31,655 bases of DNA, taken from NCBI GenBank assembly GCA_031441465.1, contig JANOEP010000055.1, forward strand, positions 1-31,655. The letters run 5' to 3'. Positions 21,465 to 30,207 of the stretch are shown here, piece by piece (position 1 is the first letter of the stretch; each line of letters starts with the position of its first letter). A program made the position numbers and the translations under genes. The DNA comes from a bacterium (GTDB taxonomy: Bacteria; Krumholzibacteriota; Krumholzibacteriia; LZORAL124-64-63). Below the pieces are notes generated by a model. The model was not told the origin of the DNA and did no database searches. It was given only the letters and a program-made list of their open reading frames with translations.

Positions 21465-22097
21465 TTATTTGAGCATAGTCATTTTCCAGGTTGAGGTGCG
21501 GCCCCCACAAACCAACCGCAAAATATAATGCCCCGAAGAAAGCAAGTTCCCCGCGTCATCACGGCCATCCCAGACCGCGGTGTGCCAGCCCGGGGTCGCC
21601 GCGGGCTGGAAGCTGCGGACGCGCTGGCCCTGGACATCGAAGAGTTCCAAGGCGATCCGCTGGTCCTGGACACCCTCGGGGATGCCGTAGCGGATGGTCG
21701 TCTCGGGATTGAATGGGTTCGGGTAGTTGGGGCGGAAGGCGGCGTTCAGTGGGGGGCCGTCGTCTTCGGGCTGCAGTTCCGGCAGGTAGACGACGTCCGA
21801 GGGGGGGCTCATCGAGCCGTCGCGGTCGAGCGCGTCGACGCCCTGGACCAGGACGCGGTACTCCACGCCGACGACGGCTTCCAGCGTCCAGACCGTGTCC
21901 TGCGCGGTCGCCTCAAGGCGGGGCACGCCGCCGTCGCGGGAGACCCAGACGTTGTAGCTCACGGCCTCGGTGCCTTGGCTCGGGGCGGACCAGTGGAACG
22001 GGATCGGCACCACTTGCCCCGCCGCCATCGCCGGCAGCGCGAGGATCAGCAGCGCGATCAGACCGGTTGTCGTCCCATGCAGCCGGTGTTTCAGCAA
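21465..22097 (-). CDS. Secreted FN3-like protein with C-terminal FlgD-Ig (T9SS-CTD-like) domain
   Basis: TTG at 22097 after GGAGAGGG. Signal peptide, FN3-like WSAP..SYNVW..YRVLVQGVD, and NYPNPFNPETTIRY...WDGRDDAG...SGHYILRL. Confidence 0.82.
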   Translation of the reverse strand: MLKHRLHGTTTGLIALLILALPAMAAGQVVPIPFHWSAPSQGTEAVSYNVWVSRDGGVPRLEATAQDTVWTLEAVVGVEYRVLVQGVDALDRDGSMSPPSDVVYLPELQPEDDGPPLNAAFRPNYPNPFNPETTIRYGIPEGVQDQRIALELFDVQGQRVRSFQPAATPGWHTAVWDGRDDAGNLLSSGHYILRLVCGGRTSTWKMTMLK

Positions 22098-22163
22098 GTC
22101 GCCCTCTCCAGGAATGACCGTTTCCGGGCCGAGATCCATGGCCTCCGCTGACGCGATCGGAAA

Positions 22164-22179
22164 AGCAACTACGGTGCCA
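22164..22179 (-). promoter_or_regulatory. Sigma54 promoter (-24/-12), with an upstream IHF-like site at 22212-22224
   Basis: Minus strand TGGCACCGTAGTTGCT matches TGGCAC-N5-TTGCW. GATCAATATTTTA matches WATCAANNNNTTR except at the first base. Confidence 0.82.
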
Positions 22180-22639
22180 CCCAAGCCGGACCCTTGGTCA
22201 AAATCCGGTAAGATCAATATTTTACAATCAGTTGGGAGATTCGACCGGGTCGGTGCCGACACGGCGGGAACCTCCTGTTCGCCGCATTCTCGGGTGCCGG
22301 ATATCCCGGCGGTCTTGCTCCGTCGGTGCAACTATGGGAATCTGGGGCCGCGTGTCAATGATCAGATGGTGAGAATCGATGTTTCCCGGAAGTTCCCATC
22401 GCCGTGCATGGTGACCCGTGGTGCCCCGGGCGACCCGCGACTTACCCGCCATCAGGCCCGGCTGGCGCCGATTGCGGTGCGGTATTCCCCCGCCGGGACG
22501 GGCGCGCATCCTGCATGGCACATCTGCATAATCATGTGATCGCCGTGAGTCTGTCCGCCACACCTCGAAGAGTTATCCACCGGATTCTGCGGTCGCGGAT
22601 CCTCAGGAGTCCCGCGGCGCTGAACGCGAGATCTCGTGC

Positions 22640-23569
22640 TCAATGAGGACCGTGATCGATCTCAACGGGCGCCGCGGCGCCTTCGTCCAAGGCGGCGAAG
22701 CGACGACGGTCGCGGCGGCGACGGGCAGCGATGCCCACGCCCGCGATCACGGCGATCAGCACGAAAAAGGTCGGCCAGCGGGTCGCGGCGACGAGCCAGC
22801 CGAAGCGCACGCGCACAGAAGCGGCGAAGCGCTCGCGGAAGGCGGCGGGCTCGGCGCCGGTCACCTGGCGCATCGCCTCGCGGAAGTCGCCTTCGCGGCG
22901 CGCGGCGTCGACCAGGCGCGGCACGACGTCGCGACCGTGCCAGGCTCGCAGGGACTGCACGGCCAGCAGGCCGGTGCGGTAGGCCTGATCGGCGCGTCCG
23001 GCGTCGACGGGAAAACCGGTCTCGAGGTTCGACAGGTCCGGGACGTGCCCGTCGAGGATCAACGACACGGTGTCGCGGAAGCGCCACTCCCCCGACAGGT
23101 CCTGGGCCAGCCCTTCGTGGAACCAGGCCGGCACGCCCGTCACGCCGGGCAAGGCCTGGTGCAGCAGGCAGTGGACCGCCTCGTGGACCGTCACGTGGGC
23201 TGCGGTGCGGCCGCCGCCGAGCGAGCGCTCGACGTCGACCCAGGCCCGGTCGTCGGCGGCCAGGCCCACGCCCCAGTCGGCGATGCGGTCGCGGTGCAGG
23301 GCGCGGAAGCCGGCGGTGGTCATCAGGCGGATCTCGAAGCGCGGGCGTGCGCCGTCGATGGGCCAGACCTCGGCGATCATGGCGGGCCAGGCGCTAGCCA
23401 GCGCTTCACGGCAGGCGAGCGCGACGCCGGGGTCCACGCCCGGATCGGCGACAACGCCCACGCACGCGTCGAGCCGGGGTGCGGCGGCAGGCGCCGTGGC
23501 TGCGCAGGCCGCCGTCACGAACGCCGCGACGAGCAGCGCCGGCAGCCGTGATCCGTATCTCCTGCGCAT
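22640..23569 (-). CDS. Peptidase MA-like zinc metalloprotease, exported, with C-terminal TM anchor
   Basis: Signal peptide, HEAVH plus WFHEGLA (gluzincin pattern), C-terminal hydrophobic helix followed by RRRRDRRR. Confidence 0.85.
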   Translation of the reverse strand: MRRRYGSRLPALLVAAFVTAACAATAPAAAPRLDACVGVVADPGVDPGVALACREALASAWPAMIAEVWPIDGARPRFEIRLMTTAGFRALHRDRIADWGVGLAADDRAWVDVERSLGGGRTAAHVTVHEAVHCLLHQALPGVTGVPAWFHEGLAQDLSGEWRFRDTVSLILDGHVPDLSNLETGFPVDAGRADQAYRTGLLAVQSLRAWHGRDVVPRLVDAARREGDFREAMRQVTGAEPAAFRERFAASVRVRFGWLVAATRWPTFFVLIAVIAGVGIAARRRRDRRRFAALDEGAAAPVEIDHGPH

Positions 23570-23667
23570 CCTCGTCCCCGATCCGATCGGCGTTGACAGT
23601 TCCGGCTACTGCGACCAATCATGCTGCCAACGGCCACCGGCCGCAACTGCTGGGAGGTCGACGCGCC

Positions 23668-24408
23668 GTGACGACCGCCGGACCCGTCCTCGCGCGGCTA
23701 CGCGAGCGCCTGACTCCGACCACGCGGGTGGCCGTGCTCAGCGGCGCGGGCATCTCCGCGGCCAGCGGCGTGCCGACGTTCCGCGGCGGGCCGGACAGCC
23801 TCTGGGAGAACGTGCGGCCGCAGGACCTGGCCACGCCGGAGGCGTTTCGCCGGGATCCCGACCAGGTGTGGCGCTGGTACGACTGGCGACGCGGCCTGGT
23901 CGCCGCCTGCAGCCCGAACCCGGGGCACGAGGCGCTGGTCCGGCTGGCGGAGCTGACCGCGGACGTGACCGTCCTGACGCAGAACGTCGACGGGCTGCAC
24001 CAGCGTGCGGGCAGCCGCCGGGTGGTCGAGTACCACGGGTCGCTGTGGACCGTGCGCTGCACGGCCTGCGGCCGCGAGACGCGCGACGAGCGCGTGCCGC
24101 TGCCGATGCCGCCGCGCTGCGGCGACTGCGGCGGGCTGCTGCGTCCGGGCGTGGTGTGGTTCGGCGAGATGATCGACCCGCAGGTGCAGCGCGCCGCGGC
24201 CGACGCCGCCGCGGGCTGCGACCTTTTTCTGGTGGTCGGCACCTCGGGCGTCGTGCACCCGGCAGCCGGGCTGGCGGGGATCGCCAAGCGGGCCGGCGCC
24301 TTTGTGGTGGAGTTCAACCTGGAACCCGGCGGCCTCGGCGGCTGGGTCGACGATTTCGTGCCGGGCGGCGCCGAAGCGACGCTGCCGTTACTGCTGCCTG
24401 CGAGGTGA
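23668..24408 (+). CDS. cobB: NAD-dependent protein deacylase (sirtuin)
   Basis: GTG at 23668 with RBS GGGAGG. GAGISAASGVPTFRG, TQNVDGLH, HGS, two CxxC, LRPGVVWFGE, GTS. Confidence 0.93.
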   Translation: MTTAGPVLARLRERLTPTTRVAVLSGAGISAASGVPTFRGGPDSLWENVRPQDLATPEAFRRDPDQVWRWYDWRRGLVAACSPNPGHEALVRLAELTADVTVLTQNVDGLHQRAGSRRVVEYHGSLWTVRCTACGRETRDERVPLPMPPRCGDCGGLLRPGVVWFGEMIDPQVQRAAADAAAGCDLFLVVGTSGVVHPAAGLAGIAKRAGAFVVEFNLEPGGLGGWVDDFVPGGAEATLPLLLPAR

Positions 24409-24410
24409 AC

Positions 24411-25673
24411 GTGCCGCGCCCGACCCTGCTGCTGATCAACAAGTTCTACCACGACGTGGGGCCCGCCGGCGGCGTCGGGCGCTACCTGGTGCAGCAGGAG
24501 CAGGACCTGCGCGCGCGCGGCTGGGACGTGGTGCCCTTCGCGATGAAGGACGAGCACGCGCGGCCTTCGCCGTGGGACCGCTTCTTCGTGAAGGCGCGGG
24601 ACTACAGCCGTCCCCGCTGGGACGGCGGCGACGCCTTGTCGCTGATCTGGAACCGCGAGGCGGCGAACCGGCTCGACGCGCTGCTGCGCGAGGTGAAGCC
24701 CGACGTGGCGCACCTGCACAACATCTACCACCACCTGAGCCCGTCGATCCTGCCGGTGCTGCGCCGCCACGGGATCCCCGCGGTCATGACGCTGCACGAC
24801 CTGCGCCTGCTCTGCCCGGCCATCCACATGCTGCGCCGGGGCGAGGTGTGCGAGCGCTGTCGCGGCGACCGTTTCCACCAGGCGGTCCTGGGGCGTTGCG
24901 TCAAGGACTCGCGGGCGGCCTCGCTGCTGGCGGCCGTCGAGACGGCCCACCACACCACGCGCCGCCTCTACCGCCGGACGGTCAGCCGTTTCCTGTGCCC
25001 GAGCGCCTTCTACGCCCGCAAGTTCGCCGAGTGGGGGTGGCCCGCCGACCGCCTGACCCACCTGCCGAACTTCGTGGATCTCGACGCCTGGCGGCCGAGC
25101 GGCGCGCCGACGGGCGACGGGTACCTGTACTTCGGCCGTCTGTCGCAGGAGAAGGGCCTCACGACCCTGCTGCAGGCCCACGAGCTGTGGGCCCGTCACG
25201 CCGGCGCCACGGGCGCCCCGCCGGTGCCGCAGCTGCGGTTGGCCGGGAGCGGCCCCCAGGATGCGGAACTGCGCACCCTGGCGGGCGGTCTCACGGCCGG
25301 ACGCGTCGAATTCCTGGGACCGCTGACACCGGACCGCCTCCGCGAAGAATTGGCCCGCGCACGGTTCACGGTGCTGCCGTCGCAGTGGTACGAGAACGGG
25401 CCGCTGGCACTGCTGGAATCGCTGGCGGCCGGGGTGCCGGTCGTCGGCGCGGACATCGGCGGCATCCCCGAACACCTGCGCGACGGCGTCGACGGCGTGC
25501 TGTTCGCGCCTGGGGATCCGGCGGCCCTGGCCGCGGCCCTGGCGCGCGCCGACGCGCTGCCGCCCTGCTCACGCGACGAGGCGCGCCGCACCGCTGAGCA
25601 GCGGTACGCGCGCGCCTCGCACATGGATCGTCTCGAAGCCCTGCTGCGCGAGGCGGCGGCACTCCGCGCTTAG
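24411..25673 (+). CDS. GT4 family glycosyltransferase with Cys-rich insert
   Basis: HLHNIYHHLSPS, TLHD..LLCP...CERC, FGRLSQEKG, PSQWYENGPLALLES. Start is GTG 24411 or GTG 24405. Confidence 0.9.
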   Translation: MPRPTLLLINKFYHDVGPAGGVGRYLVQQEQDLRARGWDVVPFAMKDEHARPSPWDRFFVKARDYSRPRWDGGDALSLIWNREAANRLDALLREVKPDVAHLHNIYHHLSPSILPVLRRHGIPAVMTLHDLRLLCPAIHMLRRGEVCERCRGDRFHQAVLGRCVKDSRAASLLAAVETAHHTTRRLYRRTVSRFLCPSAFYARKFAEWGWPADRLTHLPNFVDLDAWRPSGAPTGDGYLYFGRLSQEKGLTTLLQAHELWARHAGATGAPPVPQLRLAGSGPQDAELRTLAGGLTAGRVEFLGPLTPDRLREELARARFTVLPSQWYENGPLALLESLAAGVPVVGADIGGIPEHLRDGVDGVLFAPGDPAALAAALARADALPPCSRDEARRTAEQRYARASHMDRLEALLREAAALRA

Positions 25674-25699
25674 CAGCCTTCCCCGCTTAAAAACCGAAC

Positions 25700-28600
25700 T
25701 CAATCCTCCAGACGGATCGGGATCTCCAGCACCAGGCGGCCTTCGCGGTCGCCCGGCGTGCGGTCGTCCAGGTTCGTGTCCAGGAAACGCACGGCGCCGA
25801 AGGGATGCAGGTCCTGGGGCGGCGCGGGCCAACCGCCCTCGAAGGCCACCTTCAGTTCTGCCGGCACGCCGCAGTACAAGCGCAACGGGCCGTCGCCCTC
25901 GGCGCGGTCGACCTTGCCCGCCGACGGGGCGGCGAACAGGTAGCGCTCTTCGGCCGTGAAGCCCCACTTCTCACTGTCCTTCTTCAGGGCGAAGGCGGCG
26001 ACCACCTGCAGGGTGTACTTGCCGCCGTCGCTGCCGGCGGGCAGGGCCACCGACGCTTCGGCCGCCAGGCCGGTGAAGGAACCGGCGGTCACGGCCGCGC
26101 CCTCGGCGTCCAGGATGTTCACGGCGCAGTCGGTCAGCAGGTTGGCCGTGGCCTCGTCCATCGTCAGGCGGAACTCCGCGCGCGGCGTGGTCGCGTCGAG
26201 CGCGAACTCGTGGGTCCAGGTGTCGTCCTTCTCGACCTCGACCACGTGCTCGCGGCGGAAGCCGTCGAGCTGCGCCTTGGCGGCGCCCTTGAACACGCCC
26301 GGGAAGCTGCGCGTCACCACGAGGTCCGACTCGGCGGACTTGCCGGCGCCCTTGCTCGCCAGGGTGGCGAGCGTGGGGGGATCCGCCTGGTAGCCGTCGA
26401 ACGAGACCGACAGGCGGTAGTCGGTGTCGGCCAGGTTGCCGATCGCCGCCGACACGTTCAGCTCCCAGATGCCGGGCCGCAGGTCGGGCGGCAGGATCGT
26501 CGTGTCGACGACGGGGCTGGTCTCGGGACGGGCGTAGCCGGCCCAGCCGCCCCGCACCACGCCCTCGGGATCGCAGATCTCCAGCGCGGCGCCGGCGCCC
26601 TTGGCCGCGCCGAGCTGGCGGCTGACCTCGAGGCGGCAGCGCATCGCGGTCGCGCCAGCCGGCGGCTGCACGTAATGGCGACGGTTGGACGAAGCCTGCA
26701 GGCCCGTGCCGGTGAAGGTCGTCGCGTAGCCGTCCTGCGGGCCGACCGCGACGCCGGACACGACGGTGTTCCAGAGGTCGAACTCGCGGGCCGGCGCGCC
26801 GGAGAGGTCGCCGCCGTCGAGCGTCGCGATCACGCGCGCGCTGACGACGCCCTCGGCGGGCAGCTTGCGCGCGTCGTAGGCGACGTCGACGTCCATCGCC
26901 ACGTCGCCGCGCACGTAGCGCTTCTGGGAGATCACCTGCAGCCAGGGCGCCTCGCTGCGGAAGGTGAAGGAGCGGAAGAAGGCGTCCTTCTCGTCGGGGC
27001 CGAGGTCGGGGTGGAAGACCGGCTTCACCGAGAAGGTCACGCGCTCGGGCGCGACCGGCGCGCCGCCGGGGGTGCGCCAGTACGCGGCCGTGGACTTGCC
27101 GTCGGACTGGAACGGGCAGTCCACGGAGATCCTCCAGTCGAGCACCTGGTGGGCCGACTTGCTGCGGGCCAGCGGGCGCAGCACGTCCCACGCGCCCTGG
27201 ATGTCGACCAGGCCGCCGCCCTGCTCGAACAGGGCCAGGCCGGGCACCGGCTTCGCGCCGGCGATCAGGGACCGCTTCAGCATACCCCAGTGGACCTCAA
27301 GGTCCTCCTGCCCGGCCGCGCTCAGCAGGCAGGCGACCGCGCCCGCGGTCTGCGGCGAAGCCATGCTGGTGCCGTTGAAGCGGGCGCTGCCGTCGACGTA
27401 GCCCGGGACGGTCGACAGCGCGGAGCCGGGCGCCACGACGTCGGGCTTGGGCGTCTCGCCGCCGCGGCTGGAGAACGCGAACAGGGTCGCGCGCGGCAAG
27501 CGGGCCTGGTAGAGGTCCTCGCCGCTGGCGCGCGACAGGTAGGCGCCCGAGGCGATCAGGCTCTGGCTGGTCGCCGGGATGCCGGCGGTGGAGAGGCCGG
27601 GACCTTCGTTGCCGTTGCTGGTGCAGACGGTGAACTCGGGGTGCTCGGCCAGCAGGTCGTCGAGCCAGGCGCCGATGGCGTCGTCGCCCTCCTCGACCGA
27701 GTTGATGCCGAAGCTCATGTTGACCACGACCGGCAGGCCGTAGCGTTCCCCGAAGTCGACGGCGTGCTCGAAGGCCTTCTTCATCGTCTCGGTGCGCGTC
27801 GCCCCGCCGGACAGGCGGTTGTCGCCGATCTTGCAGGAGATCAGCCAGGCGCCGGGCGCGGCGCCGTGCAGGCCGGGCTGGCCGCCGACCTCGCAGCCGG
27901 CGGCGATGCCGGCGCAGTGGGAGCCGTGGGAGCCGGAGTCGTGGTGGAAGGAGACGGTCGGCGCCTCGGGGGCGCCCAGCCAGTCCTCGTTGGCGGTCAC
28001 GTTCACCGACCAGGCCATGAGCGTGCGGCTGTCCGGCGCGTCGGGGCCGCGCAGACCGAACAGGTCCCAGTCGAGGCGGAAGTCGCGCAGGGGGCGCTCG
28101 TCGTCGAGGCGGCCGTCGCCGTCGGTGTCCACGACCACGAGCCAGACCCGCGCGCCCTCGCGCTCGGCGGCGACCGCCGCGGCGGCCGTCTCGTTCAAGC
28201 CGGCCAGCAGGTCCAGGCCGCGGCCGGCGCCCAGGGCCGCCTCGACCGCGGCGCGCGGCGCCGTGTAGACCAGGAACGCGAAGCGGTCGGTGCGATCGCC
28301 GTCGTCGTTGGTGTCCTGGAGGTCGTCGACGTTCTGGAACCGGGGCTCGTCCAGCACGCCCATCCAGACCGGGAAGGCCTTGTCGTCCGAGGGCGGCGGC
28401 ACCGCCAGGGCGGCCGCCCCCTCGAGGCGCGGGCCGTCGGGATGGACAAAGGCGTCGTCCTCCATCTCGACCGCGACGACCTCCCACTCGCCCTCGTCGG
28501 TGAAGTCGCGGGCGTCCAGCAGCTTCTGGCCGCCGGTCGAGGTCGCGGTCAGGCCCGGGGCGTAGCCGTCGACCCCGGTGTCGAGGATCGCGATGACGAC

Positions 28601-28777
28601 GCCGCGGCCGTCCCAGGTCGGATGGGCGGCGCGCCAGGCCACGGCGCCGATGTCGTCCGACGGCAGGTAGGGCCAGGGGTCGCGCGGCCGCTCCGCCGCG
28701 ACGGACGCCGCCGCCGCCAGGGCGAAGATCGCCAGCATGACGATCGGAATGCTCCGGCTCGCCGACGTTGCCTTCAT
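25700..28777 (-). CDS. Secreted S8 subtilase, tripeptidyl-peptidase-II-like
   Basis: ATG at 28777 with RBS GGAGG. Signal peptide; triad AILDTGVD, HGSHCAG, NGTSMASP; long D-H insert; KIGDNRLS. Confidence 0.9.
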   Translation of the reverse strand: MKATSASRSIPIVMLAIFALAAAASVAAERPRDPWPYLPSDDIGAVAWRAAHPTWDGRGVVIAILDTGVDGYAPGLTATSTGGQKLLDARDFTDEGEWEVVAVEMEDDAFVHPDGPRLEGAAALAVPPPSDDKAFPVWMGVLDEPRFQNVDDLQDTNDDGDRTDRFAFLVYTAPRAAVEAALGAGRGLDLLAGLNETAAAAVAAEREGARVWLVVVDTDGDGRLDDERPLRDFRLDWDLFGLRGPDAPDSRTLMAWSVNVTANEDWLGAPEAPTVSFHHDSGSHGSHCAGIAAGCEVGGQPGLHGAAPGAWLISCKIGDNRLSGGATRTETMKKAFEHAVDFGERYGLPVVVNMSFGINSVEEGDDAIGAWLDDLLAEHPEFTVCTSNGNEGPGLSTAGIPATSQSLIASGAYLSRASGEDLYQARLPRATLFAFSSRGGETPKPDVVAPGSALSTVPGYVDGSARFNGTSMASPQTAGAVACLLSAAGQEDLEVHWGMLKRSLIAGAKPVPGLALFEQGGGLVDIQGAWDVLRPLARSKSAHQVLDWRISVDCPFQSDGKSTAAYWRTPGGAPVAPERVTFSVKPVFHPDLGPDEKDAFFRSFTFRSEAPWLQVISQKRYVRGDVAMDVDVAYDARKLPAEGVVSARVIATLDGGDLSGAPAREFDLWNTVVSGVAVGPQDGYATTFTGTGLQASSNRRHYVQPPAGATAMRCRLEVSRQLGAAKGAGAALEICDPEGVVRGGWAGYARPETSPVVDTTILPPDLRPGIWELNVSAAIGNLADTDYRLSVSFDGYQADPPTLATLASKGAGKSAESDLVVTRSFPGVFKGAAKAQLDGFRREHVVEVEKDDTWTHEFALDATTPRAEFRLTMDEATANLLTDCAVNILDAEGAAVTAGSFTGLAAEASVALPAGSDGGKYTLQVVAAFALKKDSEKWGFTAEERYLFAAPSAGKVDRAEGDGPLRLYCGVPAELKVAFEGGWPAPPQDLHPFGAVRFLDTNLDDRTPGDREGRLVLEIPIRLED

Positions 28778-28815
28778 CACGGAACCTCCAGAAAAAACGT
28801 GGACTTTCGAGGATC

Positions 28816-28867
28816 TTGCCATCGAGGGCGGGGCGCCTATTATAGGGAGGCCGCGAGTTCCCCACAA
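28816..28867. promoter_or_regulatory. Candidate bidirectional sigma70 promoter with overlapping -10 boxes
   Basis: Plus strand TTGCCA-16-TATTAT (28816-28843); minus strand TTGTGG-17-TATAAT (28867-28839). Confidence 0.55.
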
Positions 28868-28960
28868 GACGGAACCGGCCCCGATTTCCCGGTGTACGAC
28901 CCTGGATGCCGCCGCGGACCGGCCATGCATCCGCAGCAGCAGCCCCCGAAAGGAAACCCC

Positions 28961-30148
28961 ATGCACGACTTCGACAAGATGGGCATGCACACCAAGGTGG
29001 TCCACGCCGGCCAGCGGCCCGACCCCGAGACCGGGGCCGTGTCGATCCCGATCTACCAGTCGTCCACCTTCCGCTTCCGCGACGCCGACGAGGGCGCCGA
29101 CCGCTTCGCCGGCCGCGACCCGGGCCACATCTACACGCGCCTCGGCAACCCGACCACCGACCACCTCGAGGAGGCGATCGCCCTGATGGAGGGCGGCTGC
29201 GGCGCGCTGGGCGCGGCCTCGGGCATGGCCGCGGTCAACACCGTCTACTTCACGCTGCTGGGCCAGGGCGCGCACGTCGTGGCGACCGAATCGCTGTACG
29301 GCCCGTCGCGCATGGTGCTGGAGACCGAGTACAAGCGCTACGGCGTGAGCGCGACCTTCGTCGACTCGTCCGACGCCCGCAACGTGGCCGCGGCGATGCG
29401 CCCCGAGACGAAGCTGGTCTACATCGAGACACCCTCGAACCCCACGCTCAAGCTGACCGACATCCGTGCCTGCGCCGAGATCGCGCACGCGGGCGGCGCC
29501 CTGCTGTGCGTGGACAACACGTTCTGCTCGCCCCTGCTGCAGCGGCCGCTGGAGATGGGCGCGGACATCGTCCTGCACTCGATGACCAAGTTCATCAACG
29601 GACACACCGACGTGGTGGCGGGCATCGTCACCGCCCGCGACCCCGCACTGTTCAAGCGGCTGGCCAAGGTCCACAAGAACATGGGCGGCACCATGGACCC
29701 CCACCAGTCGTGGCTGGTGCTGCGCGGCCTGCGCACGCTGGCCCTGCGCATGGAGAAGGCCCAGGCCAACTCGCTGATCCTGGCGCCCTTCCTGGAGAAC
29801 CACCCGAAGGTCGCCTGGGTGCGCTACCCCGGCCTGGAGAGCCACCCCCAGCACGCCCTGGCCGAATCGCAGATGGACGGTCCCGGCGCGGTCATCTCCT
29901 TCGGCGTGCGCGGCGGCCTGGAGGCCGGCAAGACGGTCATCAACAACGTGCGGATCCCGACCCTGGCGGTGAGCCTGGGCGGCATCGAGTCCCTGATCGA
30001 GCACCCGGCCTCGATGACCCACGCGGGGATCCCTCAGGCCGAGCGCAAAGCGGCCGATATCACGGACGATCTGGTGCGACTGGCCGTCGGCTGCGAGGAC
30101 GCGGCCGACCTGCAGGCCGACCTGGAGCGTGCCCTGGACATGATCTAG
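28961..30148 (+). CDS. PLP-dependent Cys/Met metabolism enzyme (methionine gamma-lyase / cystathionine gamma-lyase/synthase family)
   Basis: ATG at 28961 with RBS AAAGGA. PIYQSSTF, YTRLGNPT, SGMAA, DNTF, HSMTKFINGH (PLP Lys), AVSLGG. Confidence 0.93.
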   Translation: MHDFDKMGMHTKVVHAGQRPDPETGAVSIPIYQSSTFRFRDADEGADRFAGRDPGHIYTRLGNPTTDHLEEAIALMEGGCGALGAASGMAAVNTVYFTLLGQGAHVVATESLYGPSRMVLETEYKRYGVSATFVDSSDARNVAAAMRPETKLVYIETPSNPTLKLTDIRACAEIAHAGGALLCVDNTFCSPLLQRPLEMGADIVLHSMTKFINGHTDVVAGIVTARDPALFKRLAKVHKNMGGTMDPHQSWLVLRGLRTLALRMEKAQANSLILAPFLENHPKVAWVRYPGLESHPQHALAESQMDGPGAVISFGVRGGLEAGKTVINNVRIPTLAVSLGGIESLIEHPASMTHAGIPQAERKAADITDDLVRLAVGCEDAADLQADLERALDMI

Positions 30149-30150
30149 CA

Positions 30151-30190
30151 CCGCGGCCGGGGGGGGGCCTGCCCTCCCCCGTCGCCGCGG
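30151..30190. other. GC-rich intergenic hairpin without U tract
   Basis: CCGCGGC...G9-CCTG-CCCTCCCCC...GCCGCGG between the lyase stop and the next ATG. Confidence 0.5.
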
Positions 30191-30207
30191 CCGGGAAAGC
30201 GGGTCGG

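Noticed and set aside
22573..22581. DnaA-box-like TTATCCACC
   Set aside because: Single 8/9 match with no cluster, DUE or origin-linked genes.
25805..28960. Very long ORFs such as 25805..30148(+), the 5' part of 25700..30151(-), 17556..20279(+) and 7698..9785(-)
   Set aside because: Antisense shadows of real genes in high-GC DNA; no motifs. The true starts are internal and have RBSs.
28850..28960. Possible SAM/SAH riboswitch before the Cys/Met lyase
   Set aside because: Only a short GGATGC/GCATCC stem; the conserved SAM-I and SAH core sequences are not recognisable.
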